In this document: positions 1-9,936 of the stretch, one piece after another
How the letters are laid out: every line of letters begins with the position of its first letter
Numbering within the stretch: position 1 is the first letter of the stretch
Sequence record: MT995927.1
DNA: 64,000 nt
Strand: one strand, 5' to 3'
The notes under the pieces: model-generated
Told to the model about the DNA's origin: nothing
Database searches by the model: none
Seen by the model: only the letters and a program-made list of their open reading frames with translations
Translations under genes and position numbers: made by a program

Positions 1-132
1 TACAGCTTAATATTCAATCTCAGTCTAAACACTGATCCAATTAGGCTGAGATTGAAGACTACTGGGTCAGCTCATTATTGCCTACTTCTAATTTGATATA
101 GGTAAATTATAAATACAAAGTCAGGTAATGTC

Positions 133-507
133 ATGGATTCATTAAAAATACAAAATATTCTCTTATGCAATAAAGCATTCAAGGCGATTGTTGAGCATCC
201 ACTTCAGATTAAATCTAATAGATCTACTAGTATTCAAGTATTAAATAATGAGTTGAATTATGGGTTGACTTATATCTTTCATGATACCGACTCTACTCGT
301 ACAGTTAAATTAACAGTACGTTACGGTAATGTAGTAATCTCATTAGTGGATAGTAATAATAGATTAGAAAAAGAATTTACCTTTGATAATGAAGCTAACT
401 ATCAATTAATGGGTAAAATAGTTTATTGTTATTTACGTAAAAATAAAGATGATTATTATCGTGGATTAAGTGATAGTGGTTATCTACAATGGTTAGGGAT
501 AACTTAA
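133..507 (+). CDS. hypothetical phage protein
   Basis: 124 aa ORF, AGGT SD, followed closely by the next ORF. Confidence 0.75.
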   Translation: MDSLKIQNILLCNKAFKAIVEHPLQIKSNRSTSIQVLNNELNYGLTYIFHDTDSTRTVKLTVRYGNVVISLVDSNNRLEKEFTFDNEANYQLMGKIVYCYLRKNKDDYYRGLSDSGYLQWLGIT

Positions 508-508
508 T

Positions 509-871
509 ATGATATTTAATAAAATCACTCGATCTATAAAAAGAAGGCGATGTAATAAGTCTGAATTAATTGAAATTAATGAACTTATCTTAAAAGCAGC
601 TCGTCGTCAAAACTATGATTTATGTCATCTGATTAGTTATCTTGGTGATGGTAATGATCCAGTAGTTATTGATATTTTAAAGAAAGAATATTCTGAAATA
701 TATGCCTATTATAAATCTGTATTTGACCCTGCTGATTTTGGTAAGAATTATAAAAATAAATTACATAATGATTTATTAGAGGCTATGACCAAAATAGATA
801 AATTTAAAGAATTATGTGAAAAACATAATATCGACTATTCACACATTGTTGAAGATGAAATACCTTTCTAG
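509..871 (+). CDS. hypothetical phage protein
   Basis: 120 aa ORF in a tight operon; acidic C-terminus DEIPF. Confidence 0.75.
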   Translation: MIFNKITRSIKRRRCNKSELIEINELILKAARRQNYDLCHLISYLGDGNDPVVIDILKKEYSEIYAYYKSVFDPADFGKNYKNKLHNDLLEAMTKIDKFKELCEKHNIDYSHIVEDEIPF

Positions 872-882
872 GCGGAAATAAA

Positions 883-1245
883 ATGGAATTAATCAGTGTC
901 AACTCAATGGCATTATTCTTTGGTTTAATTGTAGCGCACTTCATCTTTGATTTTTCATTGCAAAATGATTTCATTGCAAAGGCTAAAAATCATACTACTG
1001 AACTAGGTTCACTATATTGGAAATGGGTATTACCTGCACACAGCTTCATGCATGGTGGCGCAGTTTATTTCATTACTGGTTCATTAGTTTTAGGACTTAT
1101 TGAAACAATTTCTCACTGCATTATTGATTATTTAAAATGTGATAATAAAATTACATTTAATCAAGATCAGTGGTTACACATTGGTTTTAAACTAATGTAT
1201 ACTTATCTAATTGTTTACGAAGTACCTTTCGTGATGTATGGATAA
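883..1245 (+). CDS. DUF3307-like membrane protein
   Basis: Hydrophobic helices with motifs HFIFDFSLQ, HSFMHG, HCIIDYLK, DQWLH. Confidence 0.7.
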   Translation: MELISVNSMALFFGLIVAHFIFDFSLQNDFIAKAKNHTTELGSLYWKWVLPAHSFMHGGAVYFITGSLVLGLIETISHCIIDYLKCDNKITFNQDQWLHIGFKLMYTYLIVYEVPFVMYG

Positions 1246-1256
1246 AGTTATATATT

Positions 1257-1281
1257 ACCCTCTCCTTCGGGAGAGGGTTTT
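1257..1281 (+). terminator. intrinsic terminator
   Basis: ACCCTCTCC-TTCG-GGAGAGGGT followed by a T-run. Confidence 0.85.
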
Positions 1282-1387
1282 ATGTTTAATATTTTTTTTT
1301 ATTAAGTTTTATTACCCAATCTGATAGGGCTATAATGGAGTTTAGTCTTGTGGAAGTTTATAAAACCCTATTGGGAAGAGAACTACA

Positions 1388-1876
1388 ATGGTTATTACAC
1401 ATCAAACTGTAGACCAGATAGATACACAAGTGAGTTTAGGTTTACCTATTGGTTACTATGGTGCTAATGATGATCTATCTACATTAATTAGGATGATTGG
1501 TGATTGGAACATCAGACCCATTGAAGAGCGTAGGACACTAGGTACAGGTTATATTGTAGCTGTCCCATCGAATACTCGTACACGAGTGATTTACACTGCT
1601 GGTCGTAAGAAATGGCTAGAAGCATTAGATTTTAGCCCCGAATTAGCCGAGAAGTATATTCGTGCTTGTAGTGCAATAAAACGATGCTGGGACCACGATG
1701 TCGCAACCTTTGTCCTAACACATAATAAAATTAGCGACGAATTACTTAAAGAATTGATGAGTGTTGAGAATCCTAAAGCTGTACTCAATCACTATAAAAT
1801 TCCTGTAAAGATTTCTAGAAATAGAATAATTGCAGCTTGTCAAATAATCTTCAATATTCGTGGACTAAAAGTCTAA
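1388..1876 (+). CDS. hypothetical phage protein
   Basis: 162 aa ORF with GGGAAGAG SD. Confidence 0.75.
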   Translation: MVITHQTVDQIDTQVSLGLPIGYYGANDDLSTLIRMIGDWNIRPIEERRTLGTGYIVAVPSNTRTRVIYTAGRKKWLEALDFSPELAEKYIRACSAIKRCWDHDVATFVLTHNKISDELLKELMSVENPKAVLNHYKIPVKISRNRIIAACQIIFNIRGLKV

Positions 1877-1966
1877 TACTTTTATAGGAGAGAACCATGA
1901 TGGTTCTCTCTTTTTGACGTAAGTGCATTATTGTTATGATAAGACTTTCGTACAAGGAAAACTACT

Positions 1967-2398
1967 ATGTTACTTTTTGTTGATACAGAATTTGATACGC
2001 CTACTGGTACTCTTATTTCACTCGGTATTGTTAGTGAAGATCGACGTTGTGAATTCTACGAAGTTCTACCATATGACAATATTGAAGATGAATGGGTTAA
2101 AGAAAACGTTATTCCTATTCTTCAAAAAGAACCAATCTCTTTAGAAGAATTCCATGATAGACTAGCCAAGTTTCTTGGTCAGTTTGCTCGATTACATTTT
2201 ATAGCTAATCATGTTAACGATATGGTTTACACTGGTAAAGCTATGGATATGGGTAAAGGTAAACAAGTTGTTGAGTTACCAACTATATTTGAATTAAATC
2301 ATGAGCTAAGTGGAAAAGGTTCTAAAATGCTTCACAACGCACTATTTGATGCTCGTGCAACTCTAGATGACTGGGAGCGTTTAAATGGTGTGAACTAA
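1967..2398 (+). CDS. DEDDh 3'-5' exonuclease (Rv2179c/RNase AS-like)
   Basis: ExoI motif FVDTEF, ExoIII motif HNALFDA, AAGGA SD. Confidence 0.8.
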   Translation: MLLFVDTEFDTPTGTLISLGIVSEDRRCEFYEVLPYDNIEDEWVKENVIPILQKEPISLEEFHDRLAKFLGQFARLHFIANHVNDMVYTGKAMDMGKGKQVVELPTIFELNHELSGKGSKMLHNALFDARATLDDWERLNGVN

Positions 2399-2417
2399 CC
2401 TTTTTGGGATAGCCATC

Positions 2418-3077
2418 ATGACTAACACCTTTGAGAAGATGTCAGGCGACAAAGATAGAAAAAGTCGTCCAGAAATCGTACTGCGTTTGCTGATCGCAAC
2501 CAGTTTTCCTCAATCCGTTTTAGCCGATTTGACTTTTGATATTACTAAGCAAGTTGGTATTACTGATAACGATGAATTAGAGAAGATTGCTAATGACATG
2601 CGTGATGTTGAACGTAAGTTTGACATGACTGATTTCGTTAGATGTATTGATCTACGTCGTAATGGTAATGACGTAAATATAACTGTTAATTGTTGGGATT
2701 TTGATCCACGTGCTAAAACTATCGAGGATCGTGCGGAGAACCATGAATTCCTGGCAAACAGTAATATTACCTTACATTCACCAGAAGCAGATTTTAATGA
2801 TCCACGTGAACTGGCTAGTAAATTAGTTGGACTATTTTTTCGTAGCAAGATAGGTCAAAAGCCGTCAGCTAGTAATTTTACTAAGGGATGGAAAATTCTT
2901 AGTAAACCAATTAGTAAATCTAAAAATACAGGTGATATAGAATCAATCGATCTAGTTGATGCTATTGAACTAGTAGCTCAGAGTTTAGCTAAACGTAGAT
3001 TTAACATTAAAATTACCACAAGCGCTATTTTATTACTTGATCAGAAAAGACGGTTATTTAATATAACGCGTGGTTAA
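2418..3077 (+). CDS. hypothetical phage protein
   Basis: 219 aa ORF ending at a convergent terminator. Confidence 0.8.
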   Translation: MTNTFEKMSGDKDRKSRPEIVLRLLIATSFPQSVLADLTFDITKQVGITDNDELEKIANDMRDVERKFDMTDFVRCIDLRRNGNDVNITVNCWDFDPRAKTIEDRAENHEFLANSNITLHSPEADFNDPRELASKLVGLFFRSKIGQKPSASNFTKGWKILSKPISKSKNTGDIESIDLVDAIELVAQSLAKRRFNIKITTSAILLLDQKRRLFNITRG

Positions 3078-3088
3078 AACAACATAAT

Positions 3089-3109
3089 GCCCTCCCATTA
3101 CGGGAGGGC
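3089..3109. terminator. bidirectional terminator between convergent genes
   Basis: GCCCTCCC-ATTAC-GGGAGGGC flanked by CATAA and TTATG. Confidence 0.8.
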
Positions 3110-3117
3110 TTATGCCG

Positions 3118-5067
3118 TTAAACTTTTACAAGTTTATCATTTTCTATTTTCCAATTAGCATGGAAAGAAATTGGTTGACCAGTGGTCTCATCAAGAATGT
3201 CACCAGTCTTTAACCTATTTTTAATAGCTCGATTATTTCCAAAGAATGGAACTAGTTTGGCTACTGTTACATCGGCTAATCCTGGATCTTTCATTACATA
3301 CCAGCCAGGCGTTGAAGCCAGTTCATCATACTGGACAACTTTAGAAGTATCTGCAAAGATAACAATATCACCATGTCGTCCGTTCTGGACACGTTGTGAT
3401 AGTTTACCCCATGTGGAGTTATTATCATAAACATATACATTAGCTGTATTTAATGTCTCACCAAGGAATGTACGGCGTAATGCAGTCAATACTATTGGTT
3501 TTATATTAATGTTATTCTTATATGCATTCGCTACACGATACATATACTTGGTCATGCTAAGATTAATATATTCATAAATTTTAGCTTTACTTATCCCTTT
3601 ATAATCATCCCATGCCATTGTACCTATAAGGGATGCTTCATTATAAAGAGAAGCAGGTTTTGAACTAAGTACCACTTGATGCTGCATTGTGTAAGTATAA
3701 GGTACACGTACGTTAATACGTATCTGATCATTATCATGGATTAAAAGAGTTGATCCATGAGTTATCAGATCCCACTGAGTAATGCCCTGACTAAATAAGA
3801 ATGATCCAACTAAATAGCCATTTATTTGAATATCGCCTAGATAATCCTGATGGTCAGTACCATTTGAGTAACCTAGATTAAGATCAAAATAACGCTTAGC
3901 TGTTAGTATCTGAGTAGTATCAATAGCTTGGCCATTATCACGTGCAACAAAGATACCATCATCTACACCAACTTGGAATCTAAATGAAATAGCATACGGT
4001 TTATTAGGATTTTCAGATGTCGTACAAAGAAAATTGTAAATGTACTCGCCAGTATGATCGAAGGTAAATTCAGGAATATCTTCTTTGTTATACGCTGGGA
4101 AAGTAACAAGCTTAATCTCACTTTCACTTGAATCACCTTTGATAACAAAGTCAGTTACTTGACCATTACCAATAGATTTATTCATACCTGTAAACAAACC
4201 AGATGATGCAGCTTTTGGTGACCAGCTTAGCATCTGATTTACAGTATATTGAACATCTGACCTATCAACAACACCAGAGAAATAAGAACCAAAATTAAAG
4301 GCTAGTCTATTAGCGGTAAATGCAAAACTACCATTATTTTCTTTAGCATCTTCAATATTAGTGTAATCTCTTGAAGCAGAATCAGTTATAACAAAGATAC
4401 CATTACCCGATTTACGCCAAGTAGCTAGATTATCAATAGTCGCCTGACTCACTCTTTCAGGAGTTAATGCACCAGTATTATGATCTTTAGTAGAGAATAG
4501 AATACATGCATAATACTTATTAAGATCTGTTAAAGTAAGGTCTACTGTGCCACCCATCATTTCTGGGTAATAAACATCATAGGTAGAATCTTGTACACGA
4601 GCAGCCGTATCTAGTATCTTTTTAAAACCATTACCTGACGTATTGAGGACTGAATAAGGTTCACTAGGATTACTATCTGTGATTACTAAGAATTTCTTTC
4701 CAGTTGATTCGTACTTACTACCATTCCTAATAAACCCAATAGCATTATAAAAATATCTTACCCATCCCCATAGATCTTGAGGGTTTGTTGTATTAGCCGG
4801 AATTTGGTAAGTATCATAGTTTAAATTATAGAATTTTGGAAAACTACAATCATAAAGAACATTACCAGTGCCATCTTGCACAACAGCAATAAATGGACTA
4901 CCACCTGTTGCAGGGTCACCATCATAAGCAATGTATTCAGAGAGCACCGGAGGTAACTCCGGGCTCACTGTATAATACACCTTCTGAATATCTGAACTAA
5001 AGTTAAATTTAACTTTAGAGTTTAGTGCCACAGGACCCGGCACTTGCGACGGGACAATAGAAGGCAT
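3118..5067 (-). CDS. 649 aa probable virion structural protein
   Basis: Large, G/T/N/aromatic-rich, predicted beta-rich ORF in the - strand late block; function inferred. Confidence 0.5.
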   Translation of the reverse strand: MPSIVPSQVPGPVALNSKVKFNFSSDIQKVYYTVSPELPPVLSEYIAYDGDPATGGSPFIAVVQDGTGNVLYDCSFPKFYNLNYDTYQIPANTTNPQDLWGWVRYFYNAIGFIRNGSKYESTGKKFLVITDSNPSEPYSVLNTSGNGFKKILDTAARVQDSTYDVYYPEMMGGTVDLTLTDLNKYYACILFSTKDHNTGALTPERVSQATIDNLATWRKSGNGIFVITDSASRDYTNIEDAKENNGSFAFTANRLAFNFGSYFSGVVDRSDVQYTVNQMLSWSPKAASSGLFTGMNKSIGNGQVTDFVIKGDSSESEIKLVTFPAYNKEDIPEFTFDHTGEYIYNFLCTTSENPNKPYAISFRFQVGVDDGIFVARDNGQAIDTTQILTAKRYFDLNLGYSNGTDHQDYLGDIQINGYLVGSFLFSQGITQWDLITHGSTLLIHDNDQIRINVRVPYTYTMQHQVVLSSKPASLYNEASLIGTMAWDDYKGISKAKIYEYINLSMTKYMYRVANAYKNNINIKPIVLTALRRTFLGETLNTANVYVYDNNSTWGKLSQRVQNGRHGDIVIFADTSKVVQYDELASTPGWYVMKDPGLADVTVAKLVPFFGNNRAIKNRLKTGDILDETTGQPISFHANWKIENDKLVKV

Positions 5068-5077
5068 TTCTCACTCC

Positions 5078-5548
5078 TTACGGGGTATACACGGGAATAT
5101 CAGCCGTCTTAATAGGTGAGTCAACTCGAATATAATAAGTGATTGGTACAGACAGGCTATACCCACGGATATTTAAAATCCCTGTAGATGAATCGAGATC
5201 CCAACCAATACTAGCAGAAGCGCTAATAAGCTTACCACTAGTAGGACTAGTAGTTTCAGGGTCGATAATCTTGAGATCAACGATGGCTGTAGCCAGAGTA
5301 TAATCACCCATAGAAGTAATAACTTTGGAAAGATCATAAGTAACTACATCTCCTGGGTTTAATGTACCAGTTTGAAATAGAATTGGTTTTAAACCAGTAC
5401 TAGGACCTGGACCAGGGCCACCACCAGATTCTAGGATGGTTGTTACTTTGTCAACCCACCTTAAAATCGCATTATACATTTCTTCACTGGTGGCTTCAGG
5501 CCCAAGAATAAGATCTTCACCAGTATTAGATGAATGTGGATCAGACAT
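5078..5548 (-). CDS. 156 aa probable virion protein
   Basis: GGGPGPGP linker then a beta-rich domain; co-oriented between the helicase and the 649 aa ORF. Confidence 0.5.
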   Translation of the reverse strand: MSDPHSSNTGEDLILGPEATSEEMYNAILRWVDKVTTILESGGGPGPGPSTGLKPILFQTGTLNPGDVVTYDLSKVITSMGDYTLATAIVDLKIIDPETTSPTSGKLISASASIGWDLDSSTGILNIRGYSLSVPITYYIRVDSPIKTADIPVYTP

Positions 5549-5559
5549 TTCTGTCTCCT

Positions 5560-7671
5560 TTAAAACCGCATATATGCGGGCTGATATGGTTTATACATAC
5601 GTGTATCAAAGTCATTAAAATCAATTGCGATATCATACTTCTCAAATGATTCTTTTAGCATCTGATAAATGATTTTATTTTCATCAAAATTATTATTTTT
5701 ATCAACATAACTTTCTAATGACTCTGTGATCTCAAATGGAGATTTAATACCCATAATAGCTTCAACCATTGCCTGACTCCATTTTAGAATGTCATCTGAC
5801 CTTGTTGAGATATTCGGTTCATCTTCTGTATCGAGAGTACATTGATATACGACTGTTTGTGAATCCTGACCTTTACGGTAAATTCGAGCAATAGCTTGTT
5901 CTAGAATGTAATGCCTAAACGGTGAATTAATTGTCACCATAGTATCAGCCATCGTCATACGGACCGCTGTTGAAAGGGAAGCATATGTAGCTACCAATGG
6001 ATTTAATTTAGGGTCTTTCTCAAATCTACTGATTATTTGAGGTAAATTGTCATTGGTTTTACCATACACCACCGCCGGATGCATACCTAATTTATTGGTG
6101 TACTTATCAACAGTATCAACAACCTCAACAAACGATGTAAATGCAATCGTTTTCTTCATAGTTGATTCAGTGATACCAACCCAGTCAATATACGGTACCA
6201 TGTCCACATGGCACTGAATGCGTTTAGCACCTAAAACCCTTCCCAAACATTCACCTTGTATCTTTAGCATAACGTATTTTATAACTGATTTAATATCTCT
6301 AAAAGCAGCTATTACATTACGAGGTAAAGTTGGCTCTATAAACATTTTTTCATATTGGTTAGATTCTTTAATTTCTTCACCAATGTATCGCGGGTCTTGA
6401 TTCTTCTGAATTATTTTAATCAAATTCTTATAGCGAGCGAAACCATCTTTCTGCGCCTGGGTCTTAAGAGAGTTCTCGTGTATCGCCATTAGTTTAGCCC
6501 AATACTTCTCATCTTCTGGTCGGCGCGCAGCATAGAACTTTACACGTTCTCTAATAAAAGCTTCACAATCACGTTTAATGGCATTAAGAGTATACTGTGA
6601 TCCATTTGGTATCTTGATACGATACGCTTTTATCCTCGGTGGTAAAACCTCAGTATCTTTCTTTTCAATGACGTACGCAATTAACCCAAAGCGATGTTGG
6701 ACAATATCTAATCCTTTCTGTGTCTCTTTTCCAAATGCTTTCTTAAAACGTTCTTCAACCTCATTGGTGAAGAGATCGTCTAATACTCTTAATGCACTTA
6801 CTAATTCAGAACCAAGTGCTTTAACAGGGGTACCTGACGCTAATAATCTGTTATTAGAGTTAGACATAAAACATATTTGCTGGAACTTAAGAGATTGTGC
6901 AGAATTAGGATCGTTCATATTGTGTGATTCATCCAGAATCACCGTAATGTTCTTACCTTTGAATATACCGCTTCTTAATAGATCAATTATTTTATCTTGC
7001 GCCTGGTAATGGGATATAAGTATTCTTTGACCGTTGTAGGCTTTATCATCAATGGTCGACCATACTTTTTGTCTTTCCTTATACATCTCAATAATAGATG
7101 GCTTCCATATTAGATCAATAGACTTCTTTTCACAAACAACTATAATGATATCCGACTCAACCATTTCAGCAATAGCCATCGTCATGAATGTTTTACCAGT
7201 ACCAGGTTTACCTGCAACAATATCACCACGTAAACCATACTGGTCAATTCGATAATTATAATTTTCAAAATAAGCTTTTTGAGACTCATCTGGTGTAAAT
7301 GTCAATTTGTCTAACATCTTGAAATTGAGTCTACCTGGTACAGAGTTGGTATCTACAGGACGAGTATTTTTTAACCAGGTATATTGAAGCATTGCTTCAC
7401 GGATGGCATTAACAGTTTTAATAGAGATGTATCTACTTCTATAATTCTTTACTGCTTCTAGCATGTAATATATTTCAGGAGCAAAGAATTTATAAAATGA
7501 AATACTACGACGACTAACCGTGTTAAATAACTGCGTAGCTAATTTAGTGGTTCGCCAATACTTGTTAATATCTCTAATGAATGCAGCACCATCAAAACCA
7601 CTGATGATAATTTCTTGATCAGTTTCAGTAATTGATAGCGAGCCCATTAGCTTCCTAAATGAGTCTATCAT
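5560..7671 (-). CDS. SNF2/SF2 family helicase (phiKZ gp203-like)
   Basis: Walker A GKPGTGKT, DESH, motif III ASGTP, motif VI QAIARIYRKGQ. Confidence 0.9.
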   Translation of the reverse strand: MIDSFRKLMGSLSITETDQEIIISGFDGAAFIRDINKYWRTTKLATQLFNTVSRRSISFYKFFAPEIYYMLEAVKNYRSRYISIKTVNAIREAMLQYTWLKNTRPVDTNSVPGRLNFKMLDKLTFTPDESQKAYFENYNYRIDQYGLRGDIVAGKPGTGKTFMTMAIAEMVESDIIIVVCEKKSIDLIWKPSIIEMYKERQKVWSTIDDKAYNGQRILISHYQAQDKIIDLLRSGIFKGKNITVILDESHNMNDPNSAQSLKFQQICFMSNSNNRLLASGTPVKALGSELVSALRVLDDLFTNEVEERFKKAFGKETQKGLDIVQHRFGLIAYVIEKKDTEVLPPRIKAYRIKIPNGSQYTLNAIKRDCEAFIRERVKFYAARRPEDEKYWAKLMAIHENSLKTQAQKDGFARYKNLIKIIQKNQDPRYIGEEIKESNQYEKMFIEPTLPRNVIAAFRDIKSVIKYVMLKIQGECLGRVLGAKRIQCHVDMVPYIDWVGITESTMKKTIAFTSFVEVVDTVDKYTNKLGMHPAVVYGKTNDNLPQIISRFEKDPKLNPLVATYASLSTAVRMTMADTMVTINSPFRHYILEQAIARIYRKGQDSQTVVYQCTLDTEDEPNISTRSDDILKWSQAMVEAIMGIKSPFEITESLESYVDKNNNFDENKIIYQMLKESFEKYDIAIDFNDFDTRMYKPYQPAYMRF

Positions 7672-7690
7672 TGCATTTTTCCTTAAGGGG

Positions 7691-7938
7691 TATGTAAATA
7701 TAACTCTAAGTCATAAGATTAGCTAACGAATAAAAATACGCACAGTGCAATGATATAGAGCAAGGCAGTTTGCGTAAAACGCACTGCACTTTAAGGGGGT
7801 GATCCAGTCGTAAATAAACCGGGGTACTAAAGTATCGTCAGGAACGACACGAACCCCAACTACGGTGCCTTGCTACTCACCGACCTCTAGATAGGGGTCG
7901 GACCTATTACATTAAAGGAGCCCACCAGGGGCTCCTTT
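7691..7938 (+). ncRNA. candidate structured ncRNA (~245 nt)
   Basis: ORF-less GC-rich island starting at TATGTAAA; stems 7744-49/7785-90, 7759-67/7866-74, 7821-25/7853-57, 7880-88/7893-901; ends at a terminator. Confidence 0.6.
7914..7938. terminator. bidirectional terminator
   Basis: AAAGGAGCCC-ACCAG-GGGCTCCTTT. Confidence 0.85.
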
Positions 7939-7967
7939 ATGCCATTCATTATAAATTAATTTAAATC

Positions 7968-7975
7968 TATATTAC
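7968..7975 (+). promoter_or_regulatory. phiKZ-type early promoter
   Basis: TATATTAC with AT-rich upstream sequence, ~45 nt before the 8022 ORF. Confidence 0.75.
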
Positions 7976-8021
7976 AGGATTACCATAAAGATATTTATCC
8001 TTTTATAATGAGGAAAAGATT

Positions 8022-8417
8022 ATGTCCGATATTAATAGCACCAATGTAACAGATGAATTAGTACCTTATTTTCCATCGGCGGATGCCATTACTAGTTCTA
8101 CTATTAGGGATGAAGTAATTCCTAATATTTTGTTATTCTACAAGAATGCTTTTAGTGACTTCCAACACGTTAGTAATATCACAGGTACTAACCAGATTGC
8201 ATCAGGTTATTTACCAGGTGTAGGTTATTATTTCGAGTATAGTGTTACCGGTAATGCTAATCTTATTCCACCTGAAGCAATTAAAGTATTACGTAATGTA
8301 ATCACTAAAAATGGATATAAAGATGACATTACCATCACACCAAAAGGTTTTGGCCTAATCAATTGGTTCATTGTAAGAGTATACGTAGATGAGCAAATTA
8401 AGAAGACTACTCAATAA
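8022..8417 (+). CDS. hypothetical early protein
   Basis: 131 aa, GAGGA SD, first gene after an early promoter. Confidence 0.8.
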   Translation: MSDINSTNVTDELVPYFPSADAITSSTIRDEVIPNILLFYKNAFSDFQHVSNITGTNQIASGYLPGVGYYFEYSVTGNANLIPPEAIKVLRNVITKNGYKDDITITPKGFGLINWFIVRVYVDEQIKKTTQ

Positions 8418-8565
8418 AGAATTAGAAAAAGAGTTAGTTAAAAAACTAGATTTTCTAGAACGTGATTTTAGAGCTATAAAAGAAGTTATCAAAACTGGAA
8501 AATATCCTGATCCTGTTAATCCGAATCGCAGACAAAGTGATTATGATTTATCTTTTAATAATTAA
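8389..8565 (+). CDS. small hypothetical protein (58 aa, below the ORF-track cutoff)
   Basis: MSKLRRLLNKELEK...DLSFNN read by hand; fills the gap between ORFs. Confidence 0.55.
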   Translation: MSKLRRLLNKELEKELVKKLDFLERDFRAIKEVIKTGKYPDPVNPNRRQSDYDLSFNN

Positions 8566-8581
8566 CCTATAAGAGGATGCT

Positions 8582-8983
8582 ATGGAAATCACATTTCCAT
8601 CTGTAAAAGAAGTAATGACAACTGATCCAGCATTTATTGATTTGGTTCTGAAAAGTAAATTACTTACTATCCGTAAAGCAATGATTGATGTTATTCGAAA
8701 TATTGAGAATACATCACTAGCATCTAGTAGGCTTGTTAAACAGAAAAGCTATCCATATCAAACTACTTTCGAACTTGTATTTAACCCAAAGGTTTTTAAA
8801 TGGTTTGATAAAACAGATGCTATCAATATTAAAAATATTCTTCATGCTGAAGTAGTTAACCAGGATTGGGAGAGTATTGATATTTCTTATAATGGTAGGG
8901 ATATACATGGTTTTGAAAAAGTGACTATTGTATTAACTCCTATGAAAGATGAAGCTATTAAATATGATCTTTCAAAAGCATGA
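8582..8983 (+). CDS. hypothetical protein
   Basis: 133 aa, GAGGA SD. Confidence 0.8.
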   Translation: MEITFPSVKEVMTTDPAFIDLVLKSKLLTIRKAMIDVIRNIENTSLASSRLVKQKSYPYQTTFELVFNPKVFKWFDKTDAINIKNILHAEVVNQDWESIDISYNGRDIHGFEKVTIVLTPMKDEAIKYDLSKA

Positions 8984-8999
8984 ATTAAGATAACATATA

Positions 9000-9028
9000 C
9001 CCTCCCCTTTATTGGGGAGGGATTATTT
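9000..9028 (+). terminator. intrinsic terminator
   Basis: CCCTCCCC-TTTATT-GGGGAGGG. Confidence 0.8.
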
Positions 9029-9225
9029 ACTTATATGTTTAATAGAATAAGGACTCTACCTTGGAATAATGCTAATGCTCTTCACCAGAGAAAAGAGATA
9101 TATAGATAGACGTATTACACATTATCAGGTTGAGTAGTAAATTAAAACAACCAATAATACGTTATTCAATATTGAAATAGTTGTTATAAAACATTTATAT
9201 TAATCTAATACAGGAAATAAAGAAA

Positions 9226-9936
9226 ATGGGTGATTATGTATATTTAGAAACTCAAGCTAAAGTAAATAATGAATGGATTGGTATCGAAGATATTGAACTA
9301 ACACAGAATTATGATCTTTATGCATATCTACTTGATATTCGCAATTATTGGGATGTAAAACCATTTGCTTACCATAATGGTGTTCCTGATGATCTGAAAA
9401 AGAAACCAGAATGGTGGAGTAGTTATGATGATGATCCACGCTGTGATGCATGGATTAGTGGTGAAGCTATTCTAAAAGGTATGAGTGAGCTTAAACCAGT
9501 TACTAAAACAGTATATATGAGTCTATATACTTATATGTCCTGGGATCGTATGTCAGAACCAGATTGCTATTCACGGTATAGCCCACGTCTTGTAACAGAT
9601 GAACCAAAAATTAATAAAATCTCTCAAAAACAATTACAGTATTATAAGAATTTAACTGAAAGTTTTTATTCTCTAAACCTTAAAGCTAATTATGATTGGA
9701 AGGTTATCGACGGTCGGTTACAACGAGTCGGGCCTAAATGTGGTAAGAATCACCTACGTAATCTACGTCGAGTATCGCGTTATCTATCTTTCTGCAATGT
9801 TCCTAATGAACCTATCAAAGTAACTTATACACTCACGGCTGATCAACAGCGAAAAGAATTTAAACCTTTTATTTATCAAGTCCGAAATGCCGTTCTTAAG
9901 TACGGTGATATCCGTCTTCTAATGAGGGTTAGATAA
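9226..9936 (+). CDS. conserved phage hypothetical protein
   Basis: 236 aa; N-terminal QNYDLYAYLLDIRN...GVPDD resembles a common phage family. Confidence 0.7.
   Translation: MGDYVYLETQAKVNNEWIGIEDIELTQNYDLYAYLLDIRNYWDVKPFAYHNGVPDDLKKKPEWWSSYDDDPRCDAWISGEAILKGMSELKPVTKTVYMSLYTYMSWDRMSEPDCYSRYSPRLVTDEPKINKISQKQLQYYKNLTESFYSLNLKANYDWKVIDGRLQRVGPKCGKNHLRNLRRVSRYLSFCNVPNEPIKVTYTLTADQQRKEFKPFIYQVRNAVLKYGDIRLLMRVR

Noticed and set aside
1251-1258. TATATTAC as an early promoter
   Set aside because: Overlaps the start of a terminator hairpin and lacks the upstream family A/B context; probably incidental
7738-7770. ACGCACAGTGCAA resembles the c-di-GMP-I riboswitch 5' end
   Set aside because: No GAAA tetraloop/receptor or P2 consensus follows
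7795-7860. GGGGGTGATCCAGTCG resembles a tmRNA 5' end
   Set aside because: No T-arm/CCA 3' domain and no tag reading frame found nearby
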